Below are positions 1 through 7,655 of a DNA stretch of 64,000 bases, in pieces; position 1 is the first letter of the stretch, and the number at the start of each line of letters is the position of its first letter. The notes below the pieces were generated by a model. It searched no databases. It saw only the letters and a program-made list of their open reading frames with translations, and had not been told where the DNA came from. Origin of the DNA: a virus; the IMG/VR virus record IMGVR_UViG_2568526245_000002, one strand, 5' to 3'. The translations under genes and the position numbers were made by a program.

Positions 1-1206
1 GCAAAAGCAGAAGCTAAAGACTACACCCTCGCCGACATTGACGGCCTCTCTCTCTTCGTTTCTCACAAGGGCACCAAAAGCTGGCACTTCCGCTTTTCGT
101 TGAATGGCCAGCAGAAGCGAGTGTCGCTTGGGACGTATCCCGAGTTGAGCCTGCGTGATGCCCGGCAGCGTCGTGACGAGGCGCGTTCGTTGGTGGCCCA
201 AGGTATCGATCCGCGGGGGCAGCATCGAGCGGACCGGAAGACGGTCAGCGTCGAGGAGACGTTTCGACACGTGGCTGAACAGTGGCTGGAGTTGAAACAG
301 GGGCGCTGGGCGGACGATAGCCGGAAAGGCAGCGCAAACCAGGCGCGCAGAGTACTGGACAATGACCTATACCCGGCCCTGGCGAACATGAAGTTTCGCG
401 AAATTCACCGTCGTGACCTGGCTGCGGTTGTCGGAGCCATCGAGCGCCGGGGAGCGCTGCACGTCGCGGAGAAGGCGCGGAGTTGGTTACGCCAGATCTT
501 CCGCGTTGGGATCGCGGCCGGATTACGAGAGGACAACCCTGCCTCGGACCTGGACATTCTGGCGAAAGAACAGCCGCCGACTGAGCACAATCCGATTCTT
601 GCGCATGATGGCGAAGAGCTTCCAGCCCTTCTTGTGAGACTGCGGTCTTACCAAGGGTCCGAGATCACAAGGATCGCCGTTCGTCTGATGCTTCTGACCG
701 CGGTACGTACGATCGAGCTTCGAAAGGCTGCGCCGGCAGACTTCGATCTAGAAAAGGGGATATGGACTGTCCCGCCCGGAAGGGTGAAGCAACTGCGCGG
801 CAAGGTGCGCAAGGACGGGGAAGAGGTGCCGCCGTATATCGTGCCGCTGTCGCGGCAAGCGATTGAGGAGGTCAGGGGGTTGCTGCAGAAGACGGGCAAA
901 TACCCGTTCGCGTTTGCTGGTCGAAATGACCCAACGAAGATGATGAGCGAGAACACCATCAACCAGGCGATCAAGCGCCTTGGGTTCGATGGGCTGCTGA
1001 CTGGTCATGGGTTGCGAGGGACTTTCTCCACTGCGCTGCATGAAATGGGCTACGACACGACGTTGATCGAGGGCCAGCTTTCCCATGCCGATCCCAACAA
1101 GACGCGGGCGGCATACAACCATGCCGCGCACGTTGAGCGTCGAAGGGCGATGATGCAAGACTGGGCTGATTATCTTGATCGGTTGGAGCAGGCTGCCCCG
1201 GAGTGA
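1..1206 (+). CDS. int: Tyrosine integrase, P4/IntA type with Arm-DNA-binding N-domain; 5' end outside window
   Basis: Frame open from base 1 (AKAEAKDYTLADIDGLSLFV...KRVSLGTYPELSL); catalytic AVR, GHGLR, LSH, AAY motifs intact. Confidence 0.95.
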   Translation, partial: AKAEAKDYTLADIDGLSLFVSHKGTKSWHFRFSLNGQQKRVSLGTYPELSLRDARQRRDEARSLVAQGIDPRGQHRADRKTVSVEETFRHVAEQWLELKQGRWADDSRKGSANQARRVLDNDLYPALANMKFREIHRRDLAAVVGAIERRGALHVAEKARSWLRQIFRVGIAAGLREDNPASDLDILAKEQPPTEHNPILAHDGEELPALLVRLRSYQGSEITRIAVRLMLLTAVRTIELRKAAPADFDLEKGIWTVPPGRVKQLRGKVRKDGEEVPPYIVPLSRQAIEEVRGLLQKTGKYPFAFAGRNDPTKMMSENTINQAIKRLGFDGLLTGHGLRGTFSTALHEMGYDTTLIEGQLSHADPNKTRAAYNHAAHVERRRAMMQDWADYLDRLEQAAPE

Positions 1207-1218
1207 TCACTCCGGGGC
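1195..1218. repeat. Perfect 24-bp palindrome GCCCCGGAGTGA|TCACTCCGGGGC centred on the abutting stop codons of int and alpA
   Basis: Read directly; both convergent proteins end in APE-stop. Confidence 0.95.
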
Positions 1219-1440
1219 TCCCGCTTCGTTTGCCGGCGCCGGCGGCGTCCAGGTTCCGTTGCAGTACTGGTCGATTTCAACCTCTGCCCAGCGAGTGGCG
1301 CGGCCAAACTTGCGCCCTTTGGGGAAGTCCCCTTTCTTCATATGGTCGTAGATGAACGTGGTGCCCATTCCCGTTCTCATCTTGACCATATTCAAGTCGA
1401 TGAAGCGGGGGATGTCTTGGTGCTGCTGGGTGTTGCGCAT
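1207..1440 (-). CDS. alpA: AlpA-family excisionase / recombination directionality factor
   Basis: RFIDLNMVKMRTGMGTTFIYDHMKKGDFPKGRKFGRATRW matches the AlpA HTH pattern; GGAGG SD; adjacent to int. Confidence 0.85.
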   Translation of the reverse strand: MRNTQQHQDIPRFIDLNMVKMRTGMGTTFIYDHMKKGDFPKGRKFGRATRWAEVEIDQYCNGTWTPPAPANEAGAPE

Positions 1441-1493
1441 TGAAGTACCTCCCGGGTCTGTTGATACGTACCGGGTGAAAGTTGGGTGTTGAG

Positions 1494-1814
1494 TTAACGG
1501 TTAGTCAGTACCGGGCCGGCCGGAAATGGCGTTCCCGGCAGGATGCCGAGGGCGTCGGTGGCGCGCTGGACAATGTTGAGCGCCACCTGCAGCGCCGCCG
1601 CGTCATCTTGCATGCGCATGAGTGCGGTCATCTTGGGCCGGTGTTCGGCACATACTCTGTCGCGAAGCTGACCGGCGGCGCGGCGAACAGCGTCGGCCGT
1701 ACCGTGGTGCTGGAGCACCAGGGCCATGACCAGTACCACGTCGACGCTGTGCATCTGCATCGTGGTTGTGCGAAGGAGCCAGCGGGGAAGTGCGATGCCT
1801 GGTTTCTGCTTCAT
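1494..1814 (-). CDS. Hypothetical phage protein
   Basis: ORF; start moved to ATG 1814, which overlaps the upstream stop (ATGA). Confidence 0.6.
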   Translation of the reverse strand: MKQKPGIALPRWLLRTTTMQMHSVDVVLVMALVLQHHGTADAVRRAAGQLRDRVCAEHRPKMTALMRMQDDAAALQVALNIVQRATDALGILPGTPFPAGPVLTNR

Positions 1815-1933
1815 CCGAAGCACCCCGCCTGCCAGGCCGCCAGTGTGCGAACGATCGGGAATATCTCCACCAGCCCCACCACGGTCAGGCCGAGGGCGGC
1901 GATAATGCCGAGGGCGGTCAGTGCTCTACGCAT
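1811..1933 (-). CDS. 40-aa single-pass membrane peptide (MRRALTALGIIAALGLTVVGLVEIFPIVRTLAAWQAGCFG), absent from ORF track
   Basis: Translated by hand; overlaps upstream stop and downstream start. Confidence 0.65.
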   Translation of the reverse strand: MRRALTALGIIAALGLTVVGLVEIFPIVRTLAAWQAGCFG

Positions 1934-2504
1934 CGCGCGGCCCTCCCTGAGTCGCCGTTGCCCGGTCGAGACGTTCGATCTCGGCCAGCGCCAGGGCGCA
2001 GGCCTTTACCAGGTCGCGTCGTGCGGTGCTCGGCTTCCACCACTGTTCATCCCAGGGCCATGCCAGCGACACCAGCAGGGCGGCGGTTCCATCGTTCGGA
2101 GCGCTGGAGCCGGCCAGGGCGTAGCAGGCGGAGGCGCGGGCCATCTGGCCGTGGCTGTGCTCGTCGTCGTGCTCCGGCGTCCAGCCCTCGGCGGTGATCT
2201 GCCGGCGGCGCTCTGCCTGCACGTCGAGCCATGCCTGCGGCACCTGCCCAGCCTGGTCGGTCCGGTGGTGGGCGATGCTGATAGTCCCGCCGAGCTTCAA
2301 CACCTGCACTGCGAGGGCATCGACATTGGCCAGGGCGGCGTTGCGCTCCTCCCTGAGCACCTGGTTCTCGGCTTTTTCGAGCATCAGGTCAGTAATTGCG
2401 CGCAGCACCGGATCGACGCCGGGGTACTTGGTGAACCCCAGCAGCGCGATGATCGCACCGAGGTCGGCGGCCGCGGCGTTGAAGGCTGATTTGTAGTCAT
2501 TCAT
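1926..2504 (-). CDS. Conserved phage hypothetical protein (AERRRQI..EGWTPEHDD...WPW...WWKP motif)
   Basis: Motif common in temperate-phage early regions; start at ATG 2504 overlaps upstream stop. Confidence 0.75.
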   Translation of the reverse strand: MNDYKSAFNAAAADLGAIIALLGFTKYPGVDPVLRAITDLMLEKAENQVLREERNAALANVDALAVQVLKLGGTISIAHHRTDQAGQVPQAWLDVQAERRRQITAEGWTPEHDDEHSHGQMARASACYALAGSSAPNDGTAALLVSLAWPWDEQWWKPSTARRDLVKACALALAEIERLDRATATQGGPRDA

Positions 2505-2880
2505 CTGTAGAAACTCCGGGCGTCGGCGGGGTAGCTTTCCGGCCACGCTGTAGGTCACTCGCGTGGCTGCTGTACCTGCGCGCATTGCTCTCGTAGTGCT
2601 CCTGAAGCGAGCGAAGGGCTCGTGCCAGGGTTCTGTCCTGGGCGGTGTGCAGCCAGGGGGATCGGGTTCCGTATCCCGCGCTGCTCACTTCGTAGTGGGG
2701 CTTGCCGGAACCGGCGTAGTCGTCCCGACGCTGCACGCGTAGCGTCGAGAGCCGGTTGGAGCCGCTGGACTGGATGCCGGTGGCGACCAACAGCTTTTCG
2801 CTGCTGCGGCTCGCATGAACTGTCCAGTTGTAGCCGGGCATGATCTTGACCAGCTCGGCCCTGAATTGGGATTGCTTCAT
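2497..2880 (-). CDS. Hypothetical phage protein (MKQSQFRAELVKIMPGY...)
   Basis: GGAG SD before ATG 2880; coupled to neighbours. Confidence 0.7.
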   Translation of the reverse strand: MKQSQFRAELVKIMPGYNWTVHASRSSEKLLVATGIQSSGSNRLSTLRVQRRDDYAGSGKPHYEVSSAGYGTRSPWLHTAQDRTLARALRSLQEHYESNARRYSSHASDLQRGRKATPPTPGVSTDE

Positions 2881-2881
2881 T

Positions 2882-3850
2882 TCAGTCTCCCATCGCGCCG
2901 TGGCCAGCGCATTCGCCGTTGCAGCCGTGTTCCATGCATTCCGGGCACGGCTCACCGTCATCTTCCTGGTCGTCGCTCTTGATGAGGACCAGGCGTCCGC
3001 CGCAGTGGTGACAGAACAGCGCTCCGTTCTCTGCTGGTCCGTCCTCGATGAAGCTCCAGGTCTGGCCGCAACTTGTTTCCCAGATGCCGCTGCTTTCGGT
3101 CCATTTGCACGACGGGGATGCCAAACTGGTCGGCGCGTGCGCCAGGGCGGCGCGGGCACGCTCAATCGCCCACTCCAGCATGTCGAGCGTTTCGCACTTT
3201 TCGATCATGATGTAGGTCTGCCCAGTGTTCTTCAGCTTCTCCGGCTGTCCCCTGCGATTTTTTACCCAGTCACGCACTCGGATTAACTCCTGAAGTGCCG
3301 CCCGCTCATCCCCGCCTGCCTGCTCTACCGATGCAGGCGCGTCACGAAGCGGTGTGCCTGCCAAGCCCTTGGCTGCCAGGTAGTTGGTGGCGCGTGCCAC
3401 CAGGTTGCTTTCCGGGGCATGCCGCTTCAGCGAACTGGCCAGCATGCGAACCAGCATTGCCAGTTCCTGGGTGCGCTGTCCCTCGGCGCGGCCGATGTCG
3501 TAGAACGGACGAAGCCAGTGATCCTCCGCCGGCGGCTGGCTGGCCTGGGCGCCGAAGGCTAGCGCGCCGGTGATGGCGTCCGCGGCGACCTGGCGCATAT
3601 TGGCGGCGGTCATGTTGTCCTGCTCAGGGCAGGGGTACTCGGCGATGGTGCGGAGCGCTAGGTCCTGGGCATCTAGCGCCGGCGCCTGGTCCTTGATCAG
3701 GGCCAGCAGGCTCTCGGCTGAGGAGTGAACATCGTCGAGGTCCGTCGACCAGCGGTGCGGGGTGCTGTCGTGGATGTTGTCCAGGGCTTCGACGATGCCG
3801 CGTAGGCGGGTGGCGCACTGCTTGATCAGTTGGTGTTGGGTAGATGACAT
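2882..3850 (-). CDS. Mosaic hypothetical protein with C-terminal Zn-ribbon motifs (SC...CHHC; CPEC...C...C)
   Basis: CCGGAGAC SD before ATG 3850; Cys clusters at C-terminus. Confidence 0.7.
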   Translation of the reverse strand: MSSTQHQLIKQCATRLRGIVEALDNIHDSTPHRWSTDLDDVHSSAESLLALIKDQAPALDAQDLALRTIAEYPCPEQDNMTAANMRQVAADAITGALAFGAQASQPPAEDHWLRPFYDIGRAEGQRTQELAMLVRMLASSLKRHAPESNLVARATNYLAAKGLAGTPLRDAPASVEQAGGDERAALQELIRVRDWVKNRRGQPEKLKNTGQTYIMIEKCETLDMLEWAIERARAALAHAPTSLASPSCKWTESSGIWETSCGQTWSFIEDGPAENGALFCHHCGGRLVLIKSDDQEDDGEPCPECMEHGCNGECAGHGAMGD

Positions 3851-3951
3851 GGTGGTGTCTCCGGTTGCTCCGGCGCCGGCGGCCGGCAGCGGAAGCATTT
3901 GCACAGGCCTATCCGTTGGCCCGTGGTGCGGCAGATGGTGGGGCGGTTCAT
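3826..3951 (-). CDS. 41-aa Cys-rich peptide (MNRPTICRTTGQRIGLCKCFRC...)
   Basis: ATGA overlap with upstream stop; fills the gap between genes. Confidence 0.5.
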   Translation of the reverse strand: MNRPTICRTTGQRIGLCKCFRCRPPAPEQPETPPCHLPNTN

Positions 3952-4454
3952 TTCGTGGCGTCTTGCTTCATGGCTTTGGCGTGGCCGACGCAGGTGCGGA
4001 CCGGGTTGCCCTGGTCGTCCAGGTCGGCGTGGCAGTAGAACCGGCTGAGTTCCTGCCGGCAGTAGATGGCATCGGAGGTGGTGACCGGCGAGGTGTTCGC
4101 CGGGGTGCCGAGTCGATAGGCGCAGCCGGCGCACGTGCCGCGAGGGTTCACCGTTGCGGCCAGGACAACGCCCTGCAGCGCTCCGAACATCGTCGGGAGG
4201 TTCGCCTGCTCCGCGGTGTGCGGATGTTCGCCGTGCTCGATGAGGATCAACTCGACCATCGCTCGGCAGTTCTCGGCGACGGCGTTGGCCATGCCCAGCA
4301 CCTGGGCGAACAGGTCGAGCATGGTGGCCGGGTCGCGCTGGGCGGCCATCTTCTCCAGCACCTGGCGGCGCAGGTCCGCCGGAAGAAGCACGGCGCCGGC
4401 CAGTTCGTGCGCGTCGGCGGCGCTGATCTGGTAGTCGGTGGGAGGCTGGTTCAT
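3948..4454 (-). CDS. Hypothetical protein with Cys/His metal-binding C-domain (CAGC...FYCH...C), DUF6283-like
   Basis: Motif spacing; ATGA coupling at 4454. Confidence 0.6.
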   Translation of the reverse strand: MNQPPTDYQISAADAHELAGAVLLPADLRRQVLEKMAAQRDPATMLDLFAQVLGMANAVAENCRAMVELILIEHGEHPHTAEQANLPTMFGALQGVVLAATVNPRGTCAGCAYRLGTPANTSPVTTSDAIYCRQELSRFYCHADLDDQGNPVRTCVGHAKAMKQDATK

Positions 4455-4816
4455 GGGACCGCCATCGTTGATGCTGCTTCCAGCAACTGGCACCGGCCAG
4501 CCAGTTGGAGCAGGTTACGAGTAGTCGGCTTGAAGCCTTCCGTATCCGGGAGGTACTCGTGACGATGGCCCTCCGGGTACGTCTCGAACGGTCCGTGCCA
4601 TTCCCAACTCATCAGCCAGGCTTGCCAGACGGTGTAGACGTCCTGTCCTTCGCCCCAATAGTCGACACCGCCGCCGACGGAAAGAACATGCCGGACTCGG
4701 GAGCCTTGCTCATATGCGAGTTCAGACGGTTCTTCGTCGCGCCAGGCGCTGCAGTAGAGCGCTGGGTAAAGCTCGACCAGCCGCTTGCTCAATTTCTTCT
4801 CGATGCGCGCTTTCAT
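4451..4816 (-). CDS. Hypothetical phage protein
   Basis: ORF with ATGA coupling on both sides. Confidence 0.7.
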   Translation of the reverse strand: MKARIEKKLSKRLVELYPALYCSAWRDEEPSELAYEQGSRVRHVLSVGGGVDYWGEGQDVYTVWQAWLMSWEWHGPFETYPEGHRHEYLPDTEGFKPTTRNLLQLAGRCQLLEAASTMAVP

Positions 4817-5598
4817 GCTTCACCTTCCTTCGCCAGTGCCAGCCGATGCTGGGCGCCTGGCTTTGCTTGGTCGAGTTGCTGCAACTTGGCGTATGCCTCG
4901 GGGTGCTGCTGGTCGAACGCTGGCATGCGGGGCGACTCAACCCAAGTGCCGCGCTCGGCCCCCTTGTCGAGCCAGGATCGTGTCCAGTTCGTCGCGCTGA
5001 CGCCGCATTCGGCGATCTGCTTCGTGGTGATGAAGCCCTGGCGGCGAAGCGTGGCGATCACTTTCAACGCGCCTTCCTTCCACTCGGTGAGGCGCAGCGG
5101 CGCCGGAACGCCGGCGGGCACGTCGGGGACCACAATCGGGACGTGGCAGCGTTCAGCGGGGTTCCAGTCGAACAGTTGCGGCCCGCTCAAGTGCTGGAGC
5201 CAGTGGCGCAAGTGGAACTCGGGGAAGTCGACGAACTTGCCGTCGCGCCGACGGTGTCCGCGGGACGGCGCGAGCACTGCGATGCCGCACATTTCAAGCA
5301 GGCGCGCGATTCCCTGGCTGGCTTCGGTGATCCGCCCGACAATGACCATGCGGTGATCTGGCCCGGGCGCACCGTACCGGTCTTGCCAGTACTGCGGCAG
5401 GATCTGGTCGGCTACCTTGGCGTTCAACTGCAATTTGGCCTCTACGCCGATCTGCCGGCCATCCTCATGGACCACCAGGATGTCGAACCCGGCAGTCTCC
5501 GGGTAGCAGGTCCAGCCGGGGACTCGGTTGAACTCGTCGATGAACGCCGCGCAGAGTTCGGCCTCGCTCTGCACCAGCAGCGCATTGGATCTGGTCAT
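4813..5598 (-). CDS. PD-(D/E)XK superfamily nuclease-like protein
   Basis: E...FDILVVHEDGRQIGVEAK core motif; ATGA coupling at 5598. Confidence 0.7.
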   Translation of the reverse strand: MTRSNALLVQSEAELCAAFIDEFNRVPGWTCYPETAGFDILVVHEDGRQIGVEAKLQLNAKVADQILPQYWQDRYGAPGPDHRMVIVGRITEASQGIARLLEMCGIAVLAPSRGHRRRDGKFVDFPEFHLRHWLQHLSGPQLFDWNPAERCHVPIVVPDVPAGVPAPLRLTEWKEGALKVIATLRRQGFITTKQIAECGVSATNWTRSWLDKGAERGTWVESPRMPAFDQQHPEAYAKLQQLDQAKPGAQHRLALAKEGEA

Positions 5599-6083
5599 GG
5601 CGTTACCCTCGGCGCCCAAGGCTGGAGCGCTTGATTTCCAGGCACGTACAGAGGGTGGCGCGGGTGTCCATCCTTCGTCGTGCCAAGACACCAGAGGCGC
5701 CCGCCGGCGGCGGTCAGGATGCTGGTTACGGCTTCTACTCGCTCGGGCTTCGCATTGGCGCCCCAGGCGCACACGATGTCGGTGTACTCTCGGGCGATCG
5801 CGCGCAGGCGCCAGTCGTTGTCTGGGCCTACTGGGTCGCTGTGCTGCCAGAGGTCGGCCGGGTTCGTCGCGCGCAAGGCGTACAGATTGACGACGGCGAT
5901 CCCGTTGCAGCCCCAGGCCGAGGCGAAGTTGCGGCAGCGCCGGATCGTTGGATCGTCGAGCGCGGCATCAGCGGTGCTCGGATTGAGCATCAGGAAAACC
6001 GCTGTGCCTTTGTCGGCCAGGCAGTCGCCAGGGCGAGTCAGAAGGTAACGGTACTGGCCGCATTCGCTGATGATGGCGCTCAT
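5595..6083 (-). CDS. DUF1643 family protein
   Basis: YRYLLTR...FLMLNPSTAD...DDPTIRRC...NLYALRAT...AWG...HPRHPLY signature. Confidence 0.88.
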   Translation of the reverse strand: MSAIISECGQYRYLLTRPGDCLADKGTAVFLMLNPSTADAALDDPTIRRCRNFASAWGCNGIAVVNLYALRATNPADLWQHSDPVGPDNDWRLRAIAREYTDIVCAWGANAKPERVEAVTSILTAAGGRLWCLGTTKDGHPRHPLYVPGNQALQPWAPRVTP

Positions 6084-6772
6084 GGCGTCACCCGCTTGAA
6101 TTCAATGCACCAGACCCAGGGGTTCGAATCCCAACTTTCGGAGCCGTTGATATCGCTCCAGAGTCGGCGGAATCGAGCCCGCGGCTGATTCATGGCGTTG
6201 AAGAGTTCGCGCTCAGCGCCATCCCAAGCGTCGACGTTGGTGATGTTTTCCGGACGCTCAACTCCTTCCGCCTCGGCCTGGTCATCGCTGATGTCCTGCA
6301 GCCGCTCGACGCGCACGGCGGTGATCTCCAGCAGGATACGGAAGGCCCAGCGAGGCATGTGAATGCTTGGGCGCCAGCGCGCCTGATCGAGATCGGCGTA
6401 CCAGCAGGCGAATGGATACGGCTTGACGCGCGGGTCGTCGTAGTTGAAGGCGCCGCGATCATCCAGAAACCCCGACTCCTCCATAAGATCGCGGATATCC
6501 TCGTCCGCCCGATATGCCAGCGCCGGTGCGCCGCAGAGGTTGACATCGGTCCACGTCTCACGCACCCACAGCCGGTCGCCTGGCTGGCCGTAAGGGCAGG
6601 CCCTGTCGATAACATGCTGCGGCTCGCGCTCCAGCACCAAGGCGCCCGGAGCGTAGATGTTTCCTAGATCAGGATGCTTGACAGGCTTTGCGATGCGCCG
6701 TGTCGCAGTCTTCCGGCCCTCAAGGAGGGCGCGGACCATCGGTCCAGTGAACAGGATCGGACGTTCTTTCAT
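6080..6772 (-). CDS. ASCH/PUA-like domain phage protein
   Basis: MKERPILFTGPMVRALLEGRKTATRR...GDRLWVRET...WRPSIHMPRWA...NPWVW signature. Confidence 0.75.
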   Translation of the reverse strand: MKERPILFTGPMVRALLEGRKTATRRIAKPVKHPDLGNIYAPGALVLEREPQHVIDRACPYGQPGDRLWVRETWTDVNLCGAPALAYRADEDIRDLMEESGFLDDRGAFNYDDPRVKPYPFACWYADLDQARWRPSIHMPRWAFRILLEITAVRVERLQDISDDQAEAEGVERPENITNVDAWDGAERELFNAMNQPRARFRRLWSDINGSESWDSNPWVWCIEFKRVTP

Positions 6773-7212
6773 GGCTGCACCTGCTTCTGCGAACGGTTCC
6801 AGGGATGCCGGCGCCCGGGCTTGGGCTGCTGGCGCGGGATGGTGAGCGCGTCGCGTAGGCTCATGCCTGCGGCGAGTCGCCGGCGAACGGTGCTGGCCGA
6901 GACGGGGCTCGGCAGCAGGTTGACCAACTCTTCGAGGGTTCCGGTTCGGCCGCGCACGGTGTGGGTGTGCTTTTCCTTGCGTGCCTGGCGGGCCTGGTTC
7001 AGAGCGTGGGCGAGTGCCGGCGTGCAGCAGCCCCGCTTCTGCGAGTTAGCCCGCTTGTGGTCCAGCGACTGGCCTTTCGCCGGCCACTCGATGTCCGGCA
7101 TCAGGCTGAGCATTTCGCGGAATACCCAGGGCCCGATGCCCAGGGCCAGCCGTGTGGCGCGGCGGGAAAGCCCGCGCGCGGCCGAGTCACGGATGAACTG
7201 TTCGGTGTTCAT
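6769..7212 (-). CDS. Putative DNA-binding protein
   Basis: Start ATG 7212 (ATGA overlap); C-terminal STVRRRLAAGMSLRDALT helical DNA-binding-type motif. Confidence 0.6.
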   Translation of the reverse strand: MNTEQFIRDSAARGLSRRATRLALGIGPWVFREMLSLMPDIEWPAKGQSLDHKRANSQKRGCCTPALAHALNQARQARKEKHTHTVRGRTGTLEELVNLLPSPVSASTVRRRLAAGMSLRDALTIPRQQPKPGRRHPWNRSQKQVQP

Positions 7213-7655
7213 GAATGCATCTCCCAGAGCAGTTTCTGTCCTTGGTTGGGCGTTTCCACGCGAGGGCGGCTTGGGCAGTTCCAACTGCCTCCGCCGCGGA
7301 TGCCCACCAGGCGCCAACCGCTGGCACGCAGGCTTGCGCCGGCCTCGCTGGCGAGGATGTAGGTAAGGAGCCTGCGGTAGCCGAGGGCGCGTGTTGCACG
7401 CCAGGCCGCGCCGTACAGCTTCGAGCAGCCGTTGCGCGCGCCGTCGGTGCAACAGCGGGTCACCTCGAGCGTCATCCCGTCGTCGAGGTGGCGCGCTACC
7501 GGGCGTCCGACGATGGCCACCCCCACGATGCGCCCGTCGGCGGCGAGGCCCAGGCTGAACTTATGGCCCTGGACCGGGCCGTGGTGGCGGTGGTGCTGTG
7601 CCACGAACGCATTCGCCTCGGCCAGGGTGAGGGGGCAGATGTCCAGCTTGCTCAC
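7209..7655 (-). CDS. XF1762-family / Mom-like GNAT-fold protein, candidate DNA base-modifying enzyme
   Basis: EANAFV..HH.H...KFSLG...VGVAIVGRP...LEVTRCC...N.CSKLY...LLTY..E.G.SL.ASGW pattern; GTGA overlap at 7655. Confidence 0.7.
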   Translation of the reverse strand: MSKLDICPLTLAEANAFVAQHHRHHGPVQGHKFSLGLAADGRIVGVAIVGRPVARHLDDGMTLEVTRCCTDGARNGCSKLYGAAWRATRALGYRRLLTYILASEAGASLRASGWRLVGIRGGGSWNCPSRPRVETPNQGQKLLWEMHS

